From: Candidatus Aalborgicola danicus
Lineage (GTDB): Bacteria; Pseudomonadota; Gammaproteobacteria; Burkholderiales; Burkholderiaceae_C
Direction: 5' to 3'
DNA: 64,000 nucleotides
NCBI GenBank assembly: GCA_016703945.1
Contig: JADJBC010000041.1
Location: 131,558-195,557 of the forward strand
Positions 18,198 through 27,689 of the stretch are shown one piece after another; position 1 is the stretch's first letter, and each line of letters begins with the position of its first letter. The position numbers and the translations under genes were made by a program. The notes beneath the pieces were generated by a model, which was not told where the DNA came from, did no database searches, and was given only the letters and a program-made list of their open reading frames with translations.

Positions 18198-18868
18198 GCC
18201 TTGGCAGGAGCCGACTCGGATGGCGTCATTCGGTAGCCCAGTCCCCGCACGGTTTCTATCAGTTCTTTGCCGAGTTTGCTGCGCAGTTTGAAAATATGGA
18301 CCTCGATGGCGTTGCTGGCAAGTTCGCTGTCTGAACCAAGAACCAAGGCTTCCAGATCGTTCTTGGAAACCAGACGCCCGGATCGCAGAACCAGGGCTTC
18401 CAGGATGTCCCACTCTCGGGCTGTGAGTTCCATCGCCTGGCCGTTGAGCCAGACGGCTTTGGCGGTGAGGTCGACGTCGACCGCGCCGAAGGCCTTGCGT
18501 TGGGCGACGCCAGCGACCCGGCGTGAAATGGATCGCAGGCGGGCGCAGAGTTCTTCTGGCGCAAAGGGCTTGACTAAAAAATCGTCCGCACCGCTGTCGA
18601 GGCCCTGAATGCGGTCCGTCAGCATGTCGCGGGCGGTCAGAACCAGGGCCGGGACTTTCAGGCCTTTATTCCTGAGGGATTTGAGCCATTCGACGCCAGA
18701 GCCGTCCGGCAGGTTCCAGTCGAGCAGCCAGGCGTCATAGGGCTCATTGACCAGCATTTTTGCCTGCGCGATGGAGGTACACCAGTCAACGACATAACCG
18801 TCGCTTTGCAGAAAGTCCTGCAAGCCTTCGCCCAGGGTGGGATCGTCTTCAAGCAGGAGCAAGCGCAT
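18194..18868 (-). CDS. OmpR-family response regulator
   Basis: MRLLLLEDDPTLG...LLDWNLPDGSG receiver domain plus a winged-helix C-terminus (LTAREWDILEALV...VHIFKLRSKL). Confidence 0.9.
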   Translation of the reverse strand: MRLLLLEDDPTLGEGLQDFLQSDGYVVDWCTSIAQAKMLVNEPYDAWLLDWNLPDGSGVEWLKSLRNKGLKVPALVLTARDMLTDRIQGLDSGADDFLVKPFAPEELCARLRSISRRVAGVAQRKAFGAVDVDLTAKAVWLNGQAMELTAREWDILEALVLRSGRLVSKNDLEALVLGSDSELASNAIEVHIFKLRSKLGKELIETVRGLGYRMTPSESAPAKA

Positions 18869-18963
18869 GGCAGGCGGACAGGGTTGGATGGATGGTTTGG
18901 GGTCTGCAAGGGAAGGCCAGCAGAACCCACCGTGTATTGGGCGCTCTGAAGATTAAGGCAATA

Positions 18964-19737
18964 TTAAGGGCGCAGCGCAAAGTCCTGTTGGTTTTTGAGC
19001 AACAAGCCTTGCGGTCCAAAGCTGTGCTCGGTGAATGTGGCATGTGTGGAGTGAATGGCCAGCACACTGCAGGCACGGGTGCCGTACTCCGCTGTGTGAA
19101 TAAAGCTGGCTGACAAGGCCCGCTCCCATTCGATAGGGACACCGGTGTGGGGCAAAGTCTCGTCGCTTGCCAGGCTGGGGTCCTGCAGCAGGGGCAGCAG
19201 ATCGGGTGTGTTGGTGCGTTGCCGGGTTATCTGGCCCTGCAGCCGCTGGCTCAGTCGGGTCAACTTGGGCCAGGGCGTGTGGAAATCGGCGTTGGAGACG
19301 GCGCCTATGCCGGGTTGCAGGGGCACCAGTTTTGCGCCTCGGCTTTCCAAACCCATCAACGTGCGGCCGTCATAAACTAGCAGATTAAAGGGGTTGTAGT
19401 CGGCAGCGCGTCCTGCCAGCTGCTGCAGGTAAGTGGCTGCGTCCAGGTCGCTGTGCAGAAAACCGGCGACCAGTTCACCACGCGAGGGTGTGTCACTGCG
19501 CAGGGCATCCGCCGAGCGGTAGTTGGTCAAGGCCGCCAGGCGGCCGCTGCGGCTGAGGCCCAGCCAGGTGCCGCCCCCTTGCAGGTCTTTGCCTGCCAAT
19601 ATGGTGGGGCCGTGCCCATCGTCGTCACCCCACCAGTGCAGCGGCATTGCGGGCCGGGCGTAAAACTCGTCGCGGTTGGACAGCAGCAGCAGCGGTTTGC
19701 TGCTGTGGGGCTGCCAGTTCCAAGCGATCAGGCACAT
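18964..19737 (-). CDS. NRDE-family (DUF833) protein
   Basis: MCLIAWNWQP...LLLSNRDEFYARP...GGTWLG...LAALTNYR matches the N-terminal nucleophile Cys and NRDE motif of the family. Confidence 0.8.
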   Translation of the reverse strand: MCLIAWNWQPHSSKPLLLLSNRDEFYARPAMPLHWWGDDDGHGPTILAGKDLQGGGTWLGLSRSGRLAALTNYRSADALRSDTPSRGELVAGFLHSDLDAATYLQQLAGRAADYNPFNLLVYDGRTLMGLESRGAKLVPLQPGIGAVSNADFHTPWPKLTRLSQRLQGQITRQRTNTPDLLPLLQDPSLASDETLPHTGVPIEWERALSASFIHTAEYGTRACSVLAIHSTHATFTEHSFGPQGLLLKNQQDFALRP

Positions 19738-19746
19738 GGGGTTGCC

Positions 19747-20224
19747 CTATTCGGCGCGGGTGGAGACGTCCAGCGCGGTCTTGACCAGTACCTGGCGCAG
19801 CACAAAGCTGGAATGCACACCGGTAACCCCTTCGATGCCGCTCAAGCGGTTCAGCAGCAGGGACTGGTAGTGGTCCATGTCCCGTACGGCAACTTTAAGC
19901 TGGTAGTCGGCTTCCTGGCCGGTGATCAGCAGGCACTCCAGAACTTCCGGCAAGACCTTAACGGCCGCCTCAAAGTTGGCAAAACGGGCCGGGGTATGCA
20001 GGTCCATGGAGACGTGGATCAGAGCCATCAAGGGTCAGGCCCAGCTTCTTGGCGTCCAACAGTGCGCGGTAGGCAACGATCAGCCCCGACTCTTCCAGTA
20101 CACGCACCCGGCGCAGGCAGGGTGAGGGCGACAGGCCAATACGGTCGGCCAGATCCTGGTTGTTGATGCGGCCGTCCTGTTGCAGGATGTCCAGAATCTG
20201 TTGGTCGTAGCGATCCAGTTTCAT
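19747..20224 (-). pseudogene. Lrp/AsnC-family regulator interrupted by a single-base frameshift near 20029
   Basis: The N-terminal HTH (MKLDRYDQQILDILQQDGRINNQDLADRIGLSPSPCLRRVRVLEESGLI...KKLGLTL) is in one frame. The RAM domain (MALIHVSMDLHTPARFANFEAAV...) is in the next frame. Removing one G at about 20029 joins them into a 158-aa Lrp-like protein. Confidence 0.7.
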
Positions 20225-20462
20225 GTCAATGCCGTAAAAATCGGTTTTGTTGGCAGAGTATGCCAAAAACCAGCTATGCAGAGGCTAAAACGCAATCTTC
20301 TGCCGCCTGCGCACGTCTACACTGCATTCAACTGTTACCCACAGCCCAACACAACCCGGTGGACTACTGCCGCCGTTGTGCAGTCCAGGCCCACAAGGCC
20401 ATGCATTGCGAAACCCAACCCCGGGGCATACCCCCGGCCCCGGGGCCGGTCTTTCTTGCATT

Positions 20463-20509
20463 TGCTCTGTTTTTGATAGCTGCTTGCGCTTATTCCACGG
20501 GGGCTAAAC
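20463..20509 (+). repeat. Family A repeat, copy 3
   Basis: tgctctgtttttgatagctgcttgcgcttattccacgggggctaaac. Confidence 0.75.
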
Positions 20510-21225
20510 TAATTTTTGACTGTTGTGTTTTCCAGAAAGGCGACCATCAGGCGGGCGATGTGATGGCCTTCATGTCCGTATTGCAGACTGTCCCGGCTGC
20601 GCTGGTAGTGGTCTTCCCCCAGCGTGTCTTCACGTTTGTCCAGCAGATGGGCGCTAAAGCCCTCATCAAATTCCGGGTGGGCCTGGACACAAAACACCTC
20701 TTGCCCCACCGTGAACGCTGCTACCGGGCAAAAGTCGCTGCTGGCCACCAGTGTGGCGCCAGGAGGTAGCTTAAAAACCTGGTCCTGGTGGCTGGCCAGC
20801 AGGGCGATCCGGGTGCGATCGGCCGAGTAGGGCAGGTCTTGGCGGTGCCAGTCGTAGGTCAAACGCCCGGCACCCCAGCCCTGTGGCGCCCGCCCCACTG
20901 GGGCGCCCATACACAGCGCAATCAGTTGGTGGCCAAAACAGACGCCGACCAATTTCTTGCGTTCAGCCAGCAGCGCAGTGACCTGGCGGCGCAGTTCGAC
21001 GACCCAGGGCTCGTCGGAGAAAGAATCCGCTCCACTGCCGGTCAGCAGCACCGCATCGTAGCCGTCAAAGGAGGCCGGGTACTGGCCCAACGGGGTGTTG
21101 AAAACCTCCATGGTCCAGGTGGCACCGGCATTCTCAAATAGCCGGATAAACATGGCACCAAACCCCCCATAGGCCTGCGCCAGTTCTCCTTCGAGGATGT
21201 CATTTTCAAGAATGCAGAGTTTCAT
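20509..21225 (-). CDS. Class I glutamine amidotransferase-like protein
   Basis: GVCFGHQLIA nucleophile-Cys motif and a C-terminal HPEF. 238 aa. Confidence 0.85.
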   Translation of the reverse strand: MKLCILENDILEGELAQAYGGFGAMFIRLFENAGATWTMEVFNTPLGQYPASFDGYDAVLLTGSGADSFSDEPWVVELRRQVTALLAERKKLVGVCFGHQLIALCMGAPVGRAPQGWGAGRLTYDWHRQDLPYSADRTRIALLASHQDQVFKLPPGATLVASSDFCPVAAFTVGQEVFCVQAHPEFDEGFSAHLLDKREDTLGEDHYQRSRDSLQYGHEGHHIARLMVAFLENTTVKN

Positions 21226-21226
21226 T

Positions 21227-21276
21227 TGCTATACATTTAATAGCTGCTGACGCATGTTCCACGAGGGCTGGAAGCC
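21227..21276 (+). repeat. Family A repeat, copy 4
   Basis: tgctatacatttaatagctgctgacgcatgttccacgagggctggaagcc. It begins 2 nt from the start codon of the amidotransferase gene. Confidence 0.8.
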
Positions 21277-21288
21277 AATATCACTCAA

Positions 21289-22374
21289 TTACTTCTGACT
21301 GGTCCGCCGCGCACGCACCGCGGCGGCAAGCTGCTCCAGCACCGGCACGGTTTGCGCCATGCTGATACAGGCGTCGGTGACCGACACGCCGTGTTTCAAG
21401 GGCTGGTTGGGCGTGATGTCCTGGCGGCCTTCGTTCAAATGGCTTTCGATCATGATGCCGGTGATACGGGCATCACCCGCGGCAATTTGCGCGGCCACTT
21501 CCGCGGCGACGATGATCTGGCGGGCGTGTTGTTTGCTGCTGTTGGCGTGGCTGACGTCGATCATGACCTGCTCACGTAGTCCGGCGGCCTTCAGCAGCGC
21601 GCAGGCTGCGTCCACATCGGAGCGGGCGTAGTTGGTGGTTTTGCCGCCGCGCAGGATCACATGGCAGTCATCATTGCCACGGGTCTCGAAAATCGCGGCC
21701 TGGCCCATCTTGGTCATGCCCATGAAGGAGTGGCTGGCTTGCGCGGCCTGGATGGCGTCGGTGGCGACCTTGATGCCGCCATCGGTGCCGTTCTTGAAAC
21801 CCACCGGGCAGGAGAGGCCGCTGGCCAACTGGCGGTGGCTCTGGCTCTCGGTGGTGCGCGCGCCGATGGCGCCCCAGCTGACCAGTTCGCTGATGAACTG
21901 GGGCGATAGCAAATCCAGAAACTCGGTACCGACCGGCATGTCGATGGCCAAAATGTCCAGCAGCAGCTTGCGCGCCATCTCCAGCCCCTGGTTGATGGCA
22001 AAGCTGCCATCCAGGTGCGGGTCATTGATATAACCCTTCCAACCGACGGTGGTGCGGGGCTTCTCGAAATACACACGCATGACCACCAGCAGGTCGTCAT
22101 TGAAGGCATCGGCCTGCTCCTTGAGTTGCCAGGCGTAGTCCATGGCCTGCTCGTGGTCGTGGATGGAGCACGGACCTACAACGACGATCAGGCGGTCGTC
22201 CCTGCCATGCAGGATGTTGGAAATAGCGGTACGGCTGGTCTCCACCAGGGTCTGGGCCGCGTCCGGGACCGGCAGCTTTTCTTCCAACAGGGCGGGCGTG
22301 ATCAGGGGCCGCACCGCACCAATGCGGGTATCGTCGATGCGGGTCGTGTCGTGGGTGGTGAGTTCGGTCTTCAT
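21289..22374 (-). CDS. 3-deoxy-7-phosphoheptulonate (DAHP) synthase, class I
   Basis: MKTELTTHDTTRIDD...LITPALLEEKLPV...VVVGPCSIHD...KPRTTVGWKG...GAIGARTTESQ is collinear with AroF/G/H. The isoenzyme was not assigned. Confidence 0.9.
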   Translation of the reverse strand: MKTELTTHDTTRIDDTRIGAVRPLITPALLEEKLPVPDAAQTLVETSRTAISNILHGRDDRLIVVVGPCSIHDHEQAMDYAWQLKEQADAFNDDLLVVMRVYFEKPRTTVGWKGYINDPHLDGSFAINQGLEMARKLLLDILAIDMPVGTEFLDLLSPQFISELVSWGAIGARTTESQSHRQLASGLSCPVGFKNGTDGGIKVATDAIQAAQASHSFMGMTKMGQAAIFETRGNDDCHVILRGGKTTNYARSDVDAACALLKAAGLREQVMIDVSHANSSKQHARQIIVAAEVAAQIAAGDARITGIMIESHLNEGRQDITPNQPLKHGVSVTDACISMAQTVPVLEQLAAAVRARRTSQK

Positions 22375-22375
22375 C

Positions 22376-22423
22376 ACTATGAATTTTATAGCTACTAATG
22401 CAATTCGGACGAGGGCTGGAGGC
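22376..22423 (+). repeat. Family A repeat, copy 5
   Basis: actatgaattttatagctactaatgcaattcggacgagggctggaggc. It starts 2 nt upstream of the DAHP synthase start codon. Confidence 0.7.
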
Positions 22424-22504
22424 GTTTTTTTACTGCATCTGCGTGGAGGCAAGTATAGGCACTGGCGACAGGGCTGCACCTTCAAATCCACGACAATTGC
22501 CGCC

Positions 22505-23707
22505 ATGAACAACGATTTGCGCCTTTGGTTTCGTCTGGTGCCAGCCTATGCGGCCGGTTATTTTCTGTCCTATGGTTTGCGCAGTGTCAATGCGGTTATT
22601 GCGCCGGAGTTGATGCAGGAGCTCAACATTACGGCGGCTGGATTGGGCCTGCTGACCTCGGCCTATTTCCTGGCCTTTGGTTTGTTCCAGTTGCCGCTGG
22701 GCTTGCTGTTAGACCGCTTCGGCCCGCGCCGGGTGGAGGCGGTTTTGTTGCTGGTGGCGGCTGCCGGTTGTGCGTTGTTTGCTGTCGGCACTTCCTTGCA
22801 GGCGCTGGCGGTTGCGCGTGCGCTGATTGGCCTGGGGGTGTCGGCCTGCCTGATGGCCAGTTTCAAGGCCTTCAGCCAGTGGTTTCCGTCTGAGCGCCAG
22901 CCGTCGCTCACCGCCACCATCATGGTGGCCGGCGGGCTGGGTGCACTGACCGCCAGCGTCCCGGTGGAGCTTGCGCTGCCACTCCTGGGTTGGCGTGGTG
23001 TTTTTCTGGTGGTGGCGGCTCTGCTGGTGGTGACTGCAGGGTCTTTGCTGACTGTGCCGGATCAGGAGGTGGCGGGCCAGCGCGAGTCGATCGGCCAACA
23101 GTTGCGCAGTTTGGGTGGCATTTACGGCAACCGTGCGTTCTGGCGGTTTGCGCCGCAGGGCAGTTTCACCATGGGCGGTTTCATGGCGATTCAAGGTTTG
23201 TGGGCGGTTCCCTGGCTGATAGAAGTCAACGGTGTTGGCCGGTCGGACGCGGCAGGGGTGCTGTTTTTCATGTCGTTGGCGATGTTGCTGGGTTTTCTGT
23301 TTGTTGCCACCTGCTCGGTGTGGTTGGGGCGCAAAGGCATTTCGCCCATGGTGTTGCTGACCGCTGGCATGGGCCTGGCGCTGGTGGTGGAGTTGGCTAT
23401 CGTTTTGAATCTGGCCCGTCCGCAATGGTTATGGCCCTTGCTAGGGCTGTCTTTTAGTCTTGGAAATATCGCCTATTCGCAGTTGACGGCCTCGTTTCCG
23501 GTGACGTTGTCGGGGCGTGTCAATACGGCCCTGAATCTGCTGGTTTTCATCGGGGCCTTTGGTCTGCAGTGGGGCATTGGTGCTGCGGTGGATGCGTTCA
23601 CCAGCGGTGGCTTGGCCCGTTCGGACGCGTTCCGGGCCACCTTTTCGGCATTGCTGGTGCTTCAGGTTCTGAGTTTTGCCTGGTTTCTGAAACCCGTGAA
23701 AACGTGA
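22505..23707 (+). CDS. MFS transporter
   Basis: Twelve hydrophobic segments. The GLLLDRFGPRR motif lies between TM2 and TM3. The start was taken at MNNDLRLW (22505). Confidence 0.85.
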   Translation: MNNDLRLWFRLVPAYAAGYFLSYGLRSVNAVIAPELMQELNITAAGLGLLTSAYFLAFGLFQLPLGLLLDRFGPRRVEAVLLLVAAAGCALFAVGTSLQALAVARALIGLGVSACLMASFKAFSQWFPSERQPSLTATIMVAGGLGALTASVPVELALPLLGWRGVFLVVAALLVVTAGSLLTVPDQEVAGQRESIGQQLRSLGGIYGNRAFWRFAPQGSFTMGGFMAIQGLWAVPWLIEVNGVGRSDAAGVLFFMSLAMLLGFLFVATCSVWLGRKGISPMVLLTAGMGLALVVELAIVLNLARPQWLWPLLGLSFSLGNIAYSQLTASFPVTLSGRVNTALNLLVFIGAFGLQWGIGAAVDAFTSGGLARSDAFRATFSALLVLQVLSFAWFLKPVKT

Positions 23708-23797
23708 AGATTGCGCAATGTTTGCGCCAACCGGTATTGACATTGGTCATTTGGTGAAAAAATTGCAGATGTCATTGCACTCTTTTCCATTACCACC

Positions 23798-26032
23798 ATG
23801 AAGCATGTTGTCAGCATCAGCCTGGGTTCGAGCACCCAGGATTTCGATTTTGTTACCGACTTTTTGGGCGAGAAGCTGCATGTGCGGCGGGTTGGCACCA
23901 ACGGCAGCACGGCCGCCGCCGTCAAGTTGATAAAGTACTGGGACAAAAAGGCCGCAGCCATCGGCTTGGGTGTGCTCAAGGATCACTACAAAGTAGGGTC
24001 ACGGCGCTTCATCGAGAAGGACAGCGCGCGCCTGAAGCTGGTGGCGACCGAGGTACCGGTGACCACTGGCGGGCGTTTGGGCGACATTTTTCAGGAATGG
24101 GCGGTGCGCCATGCACAAACCCACATGGGGAATTTTTTCAACAACACGCGGGTGCTCTTCTTCTCGGGCATGACGGACTACAAGCTGGCCTTGTCCATGG
24201 GCGAGTTCACCAGCAATCTGCAGTTCGCCGATCCGTTGATGCAGTTGGGTGTACCCAAACTATTGGGTTCCCTGGACGCGCTGAACCTGTATGCCAATGG
24301 TGCGCATTACGTCAAGGACTGGACGTTGCCTGCGGCCATGGCCTCGGGCCCTGTCAAGGAGTGGACGCGGTTTGTGCTGCGCAAGGCCATGCAGAAAGCC
24401 AGTGTGATTGTGGCGCCGGTGCATGAGCTGGACGACTTTGGTCTTGAGGAGCTGGCGGGTAAAACGGTAGTCACCGCCACGGTGAACGACGAGCGTATTG
24501 CCCAGTTTCGGGACAAGGGTGTGGCCACCATCATCGACGGCTCGCCCGTGATGCACGGGCATGTGCTGGGTGCGAATTTGCTGGATGCCATGGTGGTGGC
24601 TGCCCTGGGTAAGCGCCCCAACGACATTCTGGAAGACGACTATCTGGAAATCATCGCTGGTCTGCAATCGGAGCCGCGCATCATCCACCCGAATGGTTTT
24701 CAGCGCGTGAACCGTTTTGCCTTTGTGATTCACCCGCTGTCGCAGGAGTATTTCAAGAAGGTCAAGCCCATAGAGATGTTGTCCCAGGTGTCGCCACCGG
24801 TGCTGATGAACTCTCTGGAAAAAATCATGGCGTATGCGCCACCCTTTGTGTATTCGCGGGTGACAGGCATTCGGTCACCGACCGGTGTGCAAGCCGAGGG
24901 CTGGCTGATTTCGGTCGGGGGTACACCCCGGGAGATCATGCGCCATGACCCTGAATTCACGTATCGGCGCTTGTTGGATGCCGCTGCCATGGCCAAGCGC
25001 CTGGGTGCGCAAATTATGGGGCTGGGTGCTTTTACCAAGGTGGTGGGGGATGCAGGACTTACCGTGGCCAAACGAGCGCCATTACCGATCACCACCGGCA
25101 ATAGTTACAGTGCGTCGGGCGCCTTGTGGGCGGCCCATGACGCGATATTGCGGATGCGTCTGCTGCCAGCACCCAAGGGTAAGGGGCGGGTCAAGTTCAA
25201 GGCCATGGTGGTGGGCGCCACCGGTGCCATCGGTTCGGTTTGTGCGCGCTTATTGGCACGGGCGGCGGAAGAGGTTTACATGGTCTCCCCTGAGACCGCC
25301 AAGTTGTTAGCCCTGAAGGAATCGATTCTGCTGGAGTCGCCCGACGCCAAGATTTTCCTGTCTGCGCACGCGGACAAGGACATTGGCGAGATGGACATGG
25401 TAGTGACCGCGACCTCTGGCGCTGGCAAAAAGGTGCTGGACATCATGCGGGTCAAGCCGGGCTGTGTCATCACTGACGTGGCCCGCCCCTTGGACCTGCC
25501 GCCATCGGAAGTCGCCAAGCGTCCGGATGTACTGGTGATCGAGTCCGGCGAGATTCAATTGCCCGGCGACGTACAGATGAAGAACATCGGCCTTCCAAAA
25601 GGTGTGGCCTATGCGTGTCTGGCCGAGACGATTGTGCTGGCGCTGGAAGGGCGGTTTGAGAATTTCACAGTGGGCCGAGCCATTGAGTGGGAAAAAGTGC
25701 GCGAGATCTACAAGCTGGGCTTGAAACACGGCATGAAGCTGGCTGCAATTTCGGGGGTCAACGGCCCGTTCAGTGATGCCGATATCGAAAAGGTGCGGGA
25801 GTTGGCCTTGGTGGCTAGGGCCAAGGCTGCTTTGGGTCAGCCCATTGTCTTGGAGGTGTCTGATGCCAAGGTCACCGGCAAGGGCAAACCAAAAGCCTTA
25901 CCAACAAATAAACCAAAGGCCAGACCCAAACCCGAAACCGCGGGAGCGCGTCCGGTAGTAGCGAAAACCGTGTCGGTGCGAAAATCGCGTGTTCCGAGCA
26001 AGAGGCGTGTGTCCGCGCCGCCGAAGCTTTAG
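23798..26032 (+). CDS. Two-domain protein: uncharacterised N-terminal domain fused to an acyl-ACP-reductase-like (COG5322) NAD(P)-binding dehydrogenase, with a basic Lys/Pro-rich tail
   Basis: The C-terminal half (RFAFVIHP..., GLGAFTKVVGD, ITTGNSYSA, VVGATGAIGSVCARLL, ACLAETIVLALEG, FTVGR) parallels conserved blocks of cyanobacterial acyl-ACP reductase as I recall them. The tail is KGKPKALPTNKPKARPKPETAGARP...SKRRVSAPPKL. Confidence 0.75.
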   Translation: MKHVVSISLGSSTQDFDFVTDFLGEKLHVRRVGTNGSTAAAVKLIKYWDKKAAAIGLGVLKDHYKVGSRRFIEKDSARLKLVATEVPVTTGGRLGDIFQEWAVRHAQTHMGNFFNNTRVLFFSGMTDYKLALSMGEFTSNLQFADPLMQLGVPKLLGSLDALNLYANGAHYVKDWTLPAAMASGPVKEWTRFVLRKAMQKASVIVAPVHELDDFGLEELAGKTVVTATVNDERIAQFRDKGVATIIDGSPVMHGHVLGANLLDAMVVAALGKRPNDILEDDYLEIIAGLQSEPRIIHPNGFQRVNRFAFVIHPLSQEYFKKVKPIEMLSQVSPPVLMNSLEKIMAYAPPFVYSRVTGIRSPTGVQAEGWLISVGGTPREIMRHDPEFTYRRLLDAAAMAKRLGAQIMGLGAFTKVVGDAGLTVAKRAPLPITTGNSYSASGALWAAHDAILRMRLLPAPKGKGRVKFKAMVVGATGAIGSVCARLLARAAEEVYMVSPETAKLLALKESILLESPDAKIFLSAHADKDIGEMDMVVTATSGAGKKVLDIMRVKPGCVITDVARPLDLPPSEVAKRPDVLVIESGEIQLPGDVQMKNIGLPKGVAYACLAETIVLALEGRFENFTVGRAIEWEKVREIYKLGLKHGMKLAAISGVNGPFSDADIEKVRELALVARAKAALGQPIVLEVSDAKVTGKGKPKALPTNKPKARPKPETAGARPVVAKTVSVRKSRVPSKRRVSAPPKL

Positions 26033-26374
26033 ATCGTGTGGTGAATCGCAAAAATGCAACACATTAGCAGGCTTATGGACATCGTGTTACATTAGTGGGT
26101 CGCTTTTGGCGACTGGTCACGCCTCTGCACTGCGGACAGCGCGGACGCCCCCGGCAGAGGGGCACCAGTCCAGCCCCTCAAATGCGTCCCCACGAAACTT
26201 CTCACGGTCTAGTGGCTTTTTCCCTCTGTTGTTGTCGTCCCTGCTATGGCGCAAAACCTGTTTCCGGTTTTTTGAACCACCAGACGGGTTGACTGAATGG
26301 ATTTCCCGGCATGGGGGCGTGCCTATGAAGACTCGGGTCCCTAGAGCCATATTGCTCACGGCCCATTTGAATTT

Positions 26375-26623
26375 TTGATGACTTTTACTGACACTATTGA
26401 ACAGACGCCTATTACGATGGGCAAATATCGGATTGCAGCTTGCCCCCGTCAACTACCATGTGGGCAGTTTGCCGCACAGGTTTCGATTGCCAGCGGCCGA
26501 GGCAGTGCTTCTACGGATCGTGTGATGCGATTCCACGATGAATTTCCCTCGCTTGACGCTGCAGCGCGCTACGCCATTGCACAAGGGATCGACTGGGTGC
26601 GTGCCATCACTCGCCCACATTGA
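26375..26623 (+). CDS. Hypothetical small protein
   Basis: 82-aa ORF upstream of infA. No recognisable motif. It is called only on ORF integrity and position. Confidence 0.4.
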   Translation: MMTFTDTIEQTPITMGKYRIAACPRQLPCGQFAAQVSIASGRGSASTDRVMRFHDEFPSLDAAARYAIAQGIDWVRAITRPH

Positions 26624-26648
26624 ATTTAGTATTTACAGGAGTACCACC

Positions 26649-26897
26649 ATGGCTAAAGAAGATCTGATCGAAATGATGGGCGTAGTGAATGAAGTTTTGC
26701 CCGATACCCGTTTTCGCGTGACGCTGGACAACGGACATCAATTGATCGCCTACTCTGCTGGAAAGATGCGCAAGAACCACATCCGCATTCTGGCCGGTGA
26801 CAAGGTGTCGCTGGAATTGTCCCCGTACGACCTGAGTAAAGGTCGTATCAACTTCCGCCACATTGAAGGCCGTGGGCCGATGACGCCGCGTCGTTAA
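26649..26897 (+). CDS. infA: Translation initiation factor IF-1 paralogue with short C-terminal extension
   Basis: [71 protein letters not shown] is the IF-1 S1 fold. About 10 extra residues ([11 protein letters not shown]) follow. Confidence 0.9.
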   Translation: MAKEDLIEMMGVVNEVLPDTRFRVTLDNGHQLIAYSAGKMRKNHIRILAGDKVSLELSPYDLSKGRINFRHIEGRGPMTPRR

Positions 26898-26967
26898 ATA
26901 GAGTGAGTTGAACGGGACGCGTTTTGCCTTGGTTGACTTGACGGCAAAATATGCCAAATTGAAAAAA

Positions 26968-26993
26968 GGGCTGCAGACGCGGCCCTTTCTGTT
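26968..26993 (+). terminator. Intrinsic terminator after infA
   Basis: GGGCTGC-agac-GCGGCCC (one G.U pair) followed by TTTCTGTT and preceded by an A-run. Confidence 0.55.
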
Positions 26994-27116
26994 GCGCCCC
27001 ACTGTTGTAGGTTGAGCATGCGGAAGCCGGATAGCTTCGGGCAACGCTGGCTTGAGTAAACTGCAAGCTTTCAATCGCGCTGTTTAGCTTGTTCCAAGCA
27101 GCCAACTTGGTGTTCA

Positions 27117-27635
27117 ATGACATCTTCCGCCTCTATCAGGGACAGCATTCAGAAGTTGCTAAACACCACAGGTTTTGCCGTACTTGCCACTGAAAGTGCG
27201 GGGCAACCACACACCAGTTTAATTGCCATTACACCAGTCGATGAAGGGCATCGGCTAGTTTTTGCCACGTATCGTAACACCCGAAAATTCACCAATCTGC
27301 TGCAAAACCCGCGGGTGTCGGTGCTAATAGATGGCAGTCGCCTTGAGGCAGCAGTCGGCGCAACCAGCCGTTTTGTGTTGAGTGCCGTGGGGCGGGTGCA
27401 AGAATCCAATGCCACTACACACCCCTACTTGCTGAGTGCTCATTTGGAAAAACACCCCGACCTTGGGACGTTCATACAAACGCCAGACTGTGTGTTGCTG
27501 GAGGTGGTGGTGGAGGCCTACCAAGTGGTACACGGCATCGACGATGTCACCTGGTTTTGCATGGAGGAACTGAAAATGCCTCTTAGAGAAAAGGTCAACA
27601 CAGAGTCATCAACAGCCGCCGAAAAGAGCCTGTGA
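27117..27635 (+). CDS. Pyridoxamine 5'-phosphate oxidase-family (FMN-binding split-barrel) protein
   Basis: GFAVLATESAGQPHTSLIAITPVDEGHRLVFATYRNTRKFTNLLQNPRVSVLI is typical of the PNPOx-like family. Confidence 0.7.
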   Translation: MTSSASIRDSIQKLLNTTGFAVLATESAGQPHTSLIAITPVDEGHRLVFATYRNTRKFTNLLQNPRVSVLIDGSRLEAAVGATSRFVLSAVGRVQESNATTHPYLLSAHLEKHPDLGTFIQTPDCVLLEVVVEAYQVVHGIDDVTWFCMEELKMPLREKVNTESSTAAEKSL

Positions 27636-27689
27636 AGGCAAAAAGCTACTTGATTACTCAGCCAAAATCGCTGTTCCAACTCGGCTCGT

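Noticed and set aside
20434-20449. Perfect 16-bp GC palindrome ccggccccggggccgg downstream of the amidotransferase gene.
   Set aside because: It is probably a simple stem with no T-run. I saw no other copies in the window, so there is not enough to call a terminator or a repeat family.
23713-23729. Exact 17-mer gcgcaatgtttgcgcca shared with 52041-52057.
   Set aside because: It is a short palindromic GCGCAA-tgt-TTGCGC sequence. One copy is intergenic and the other is inside the GNAT coding region. A single 17-nt match in 64 kb, counting both strands, is not clearly beyond chance, and no further shared context exists.
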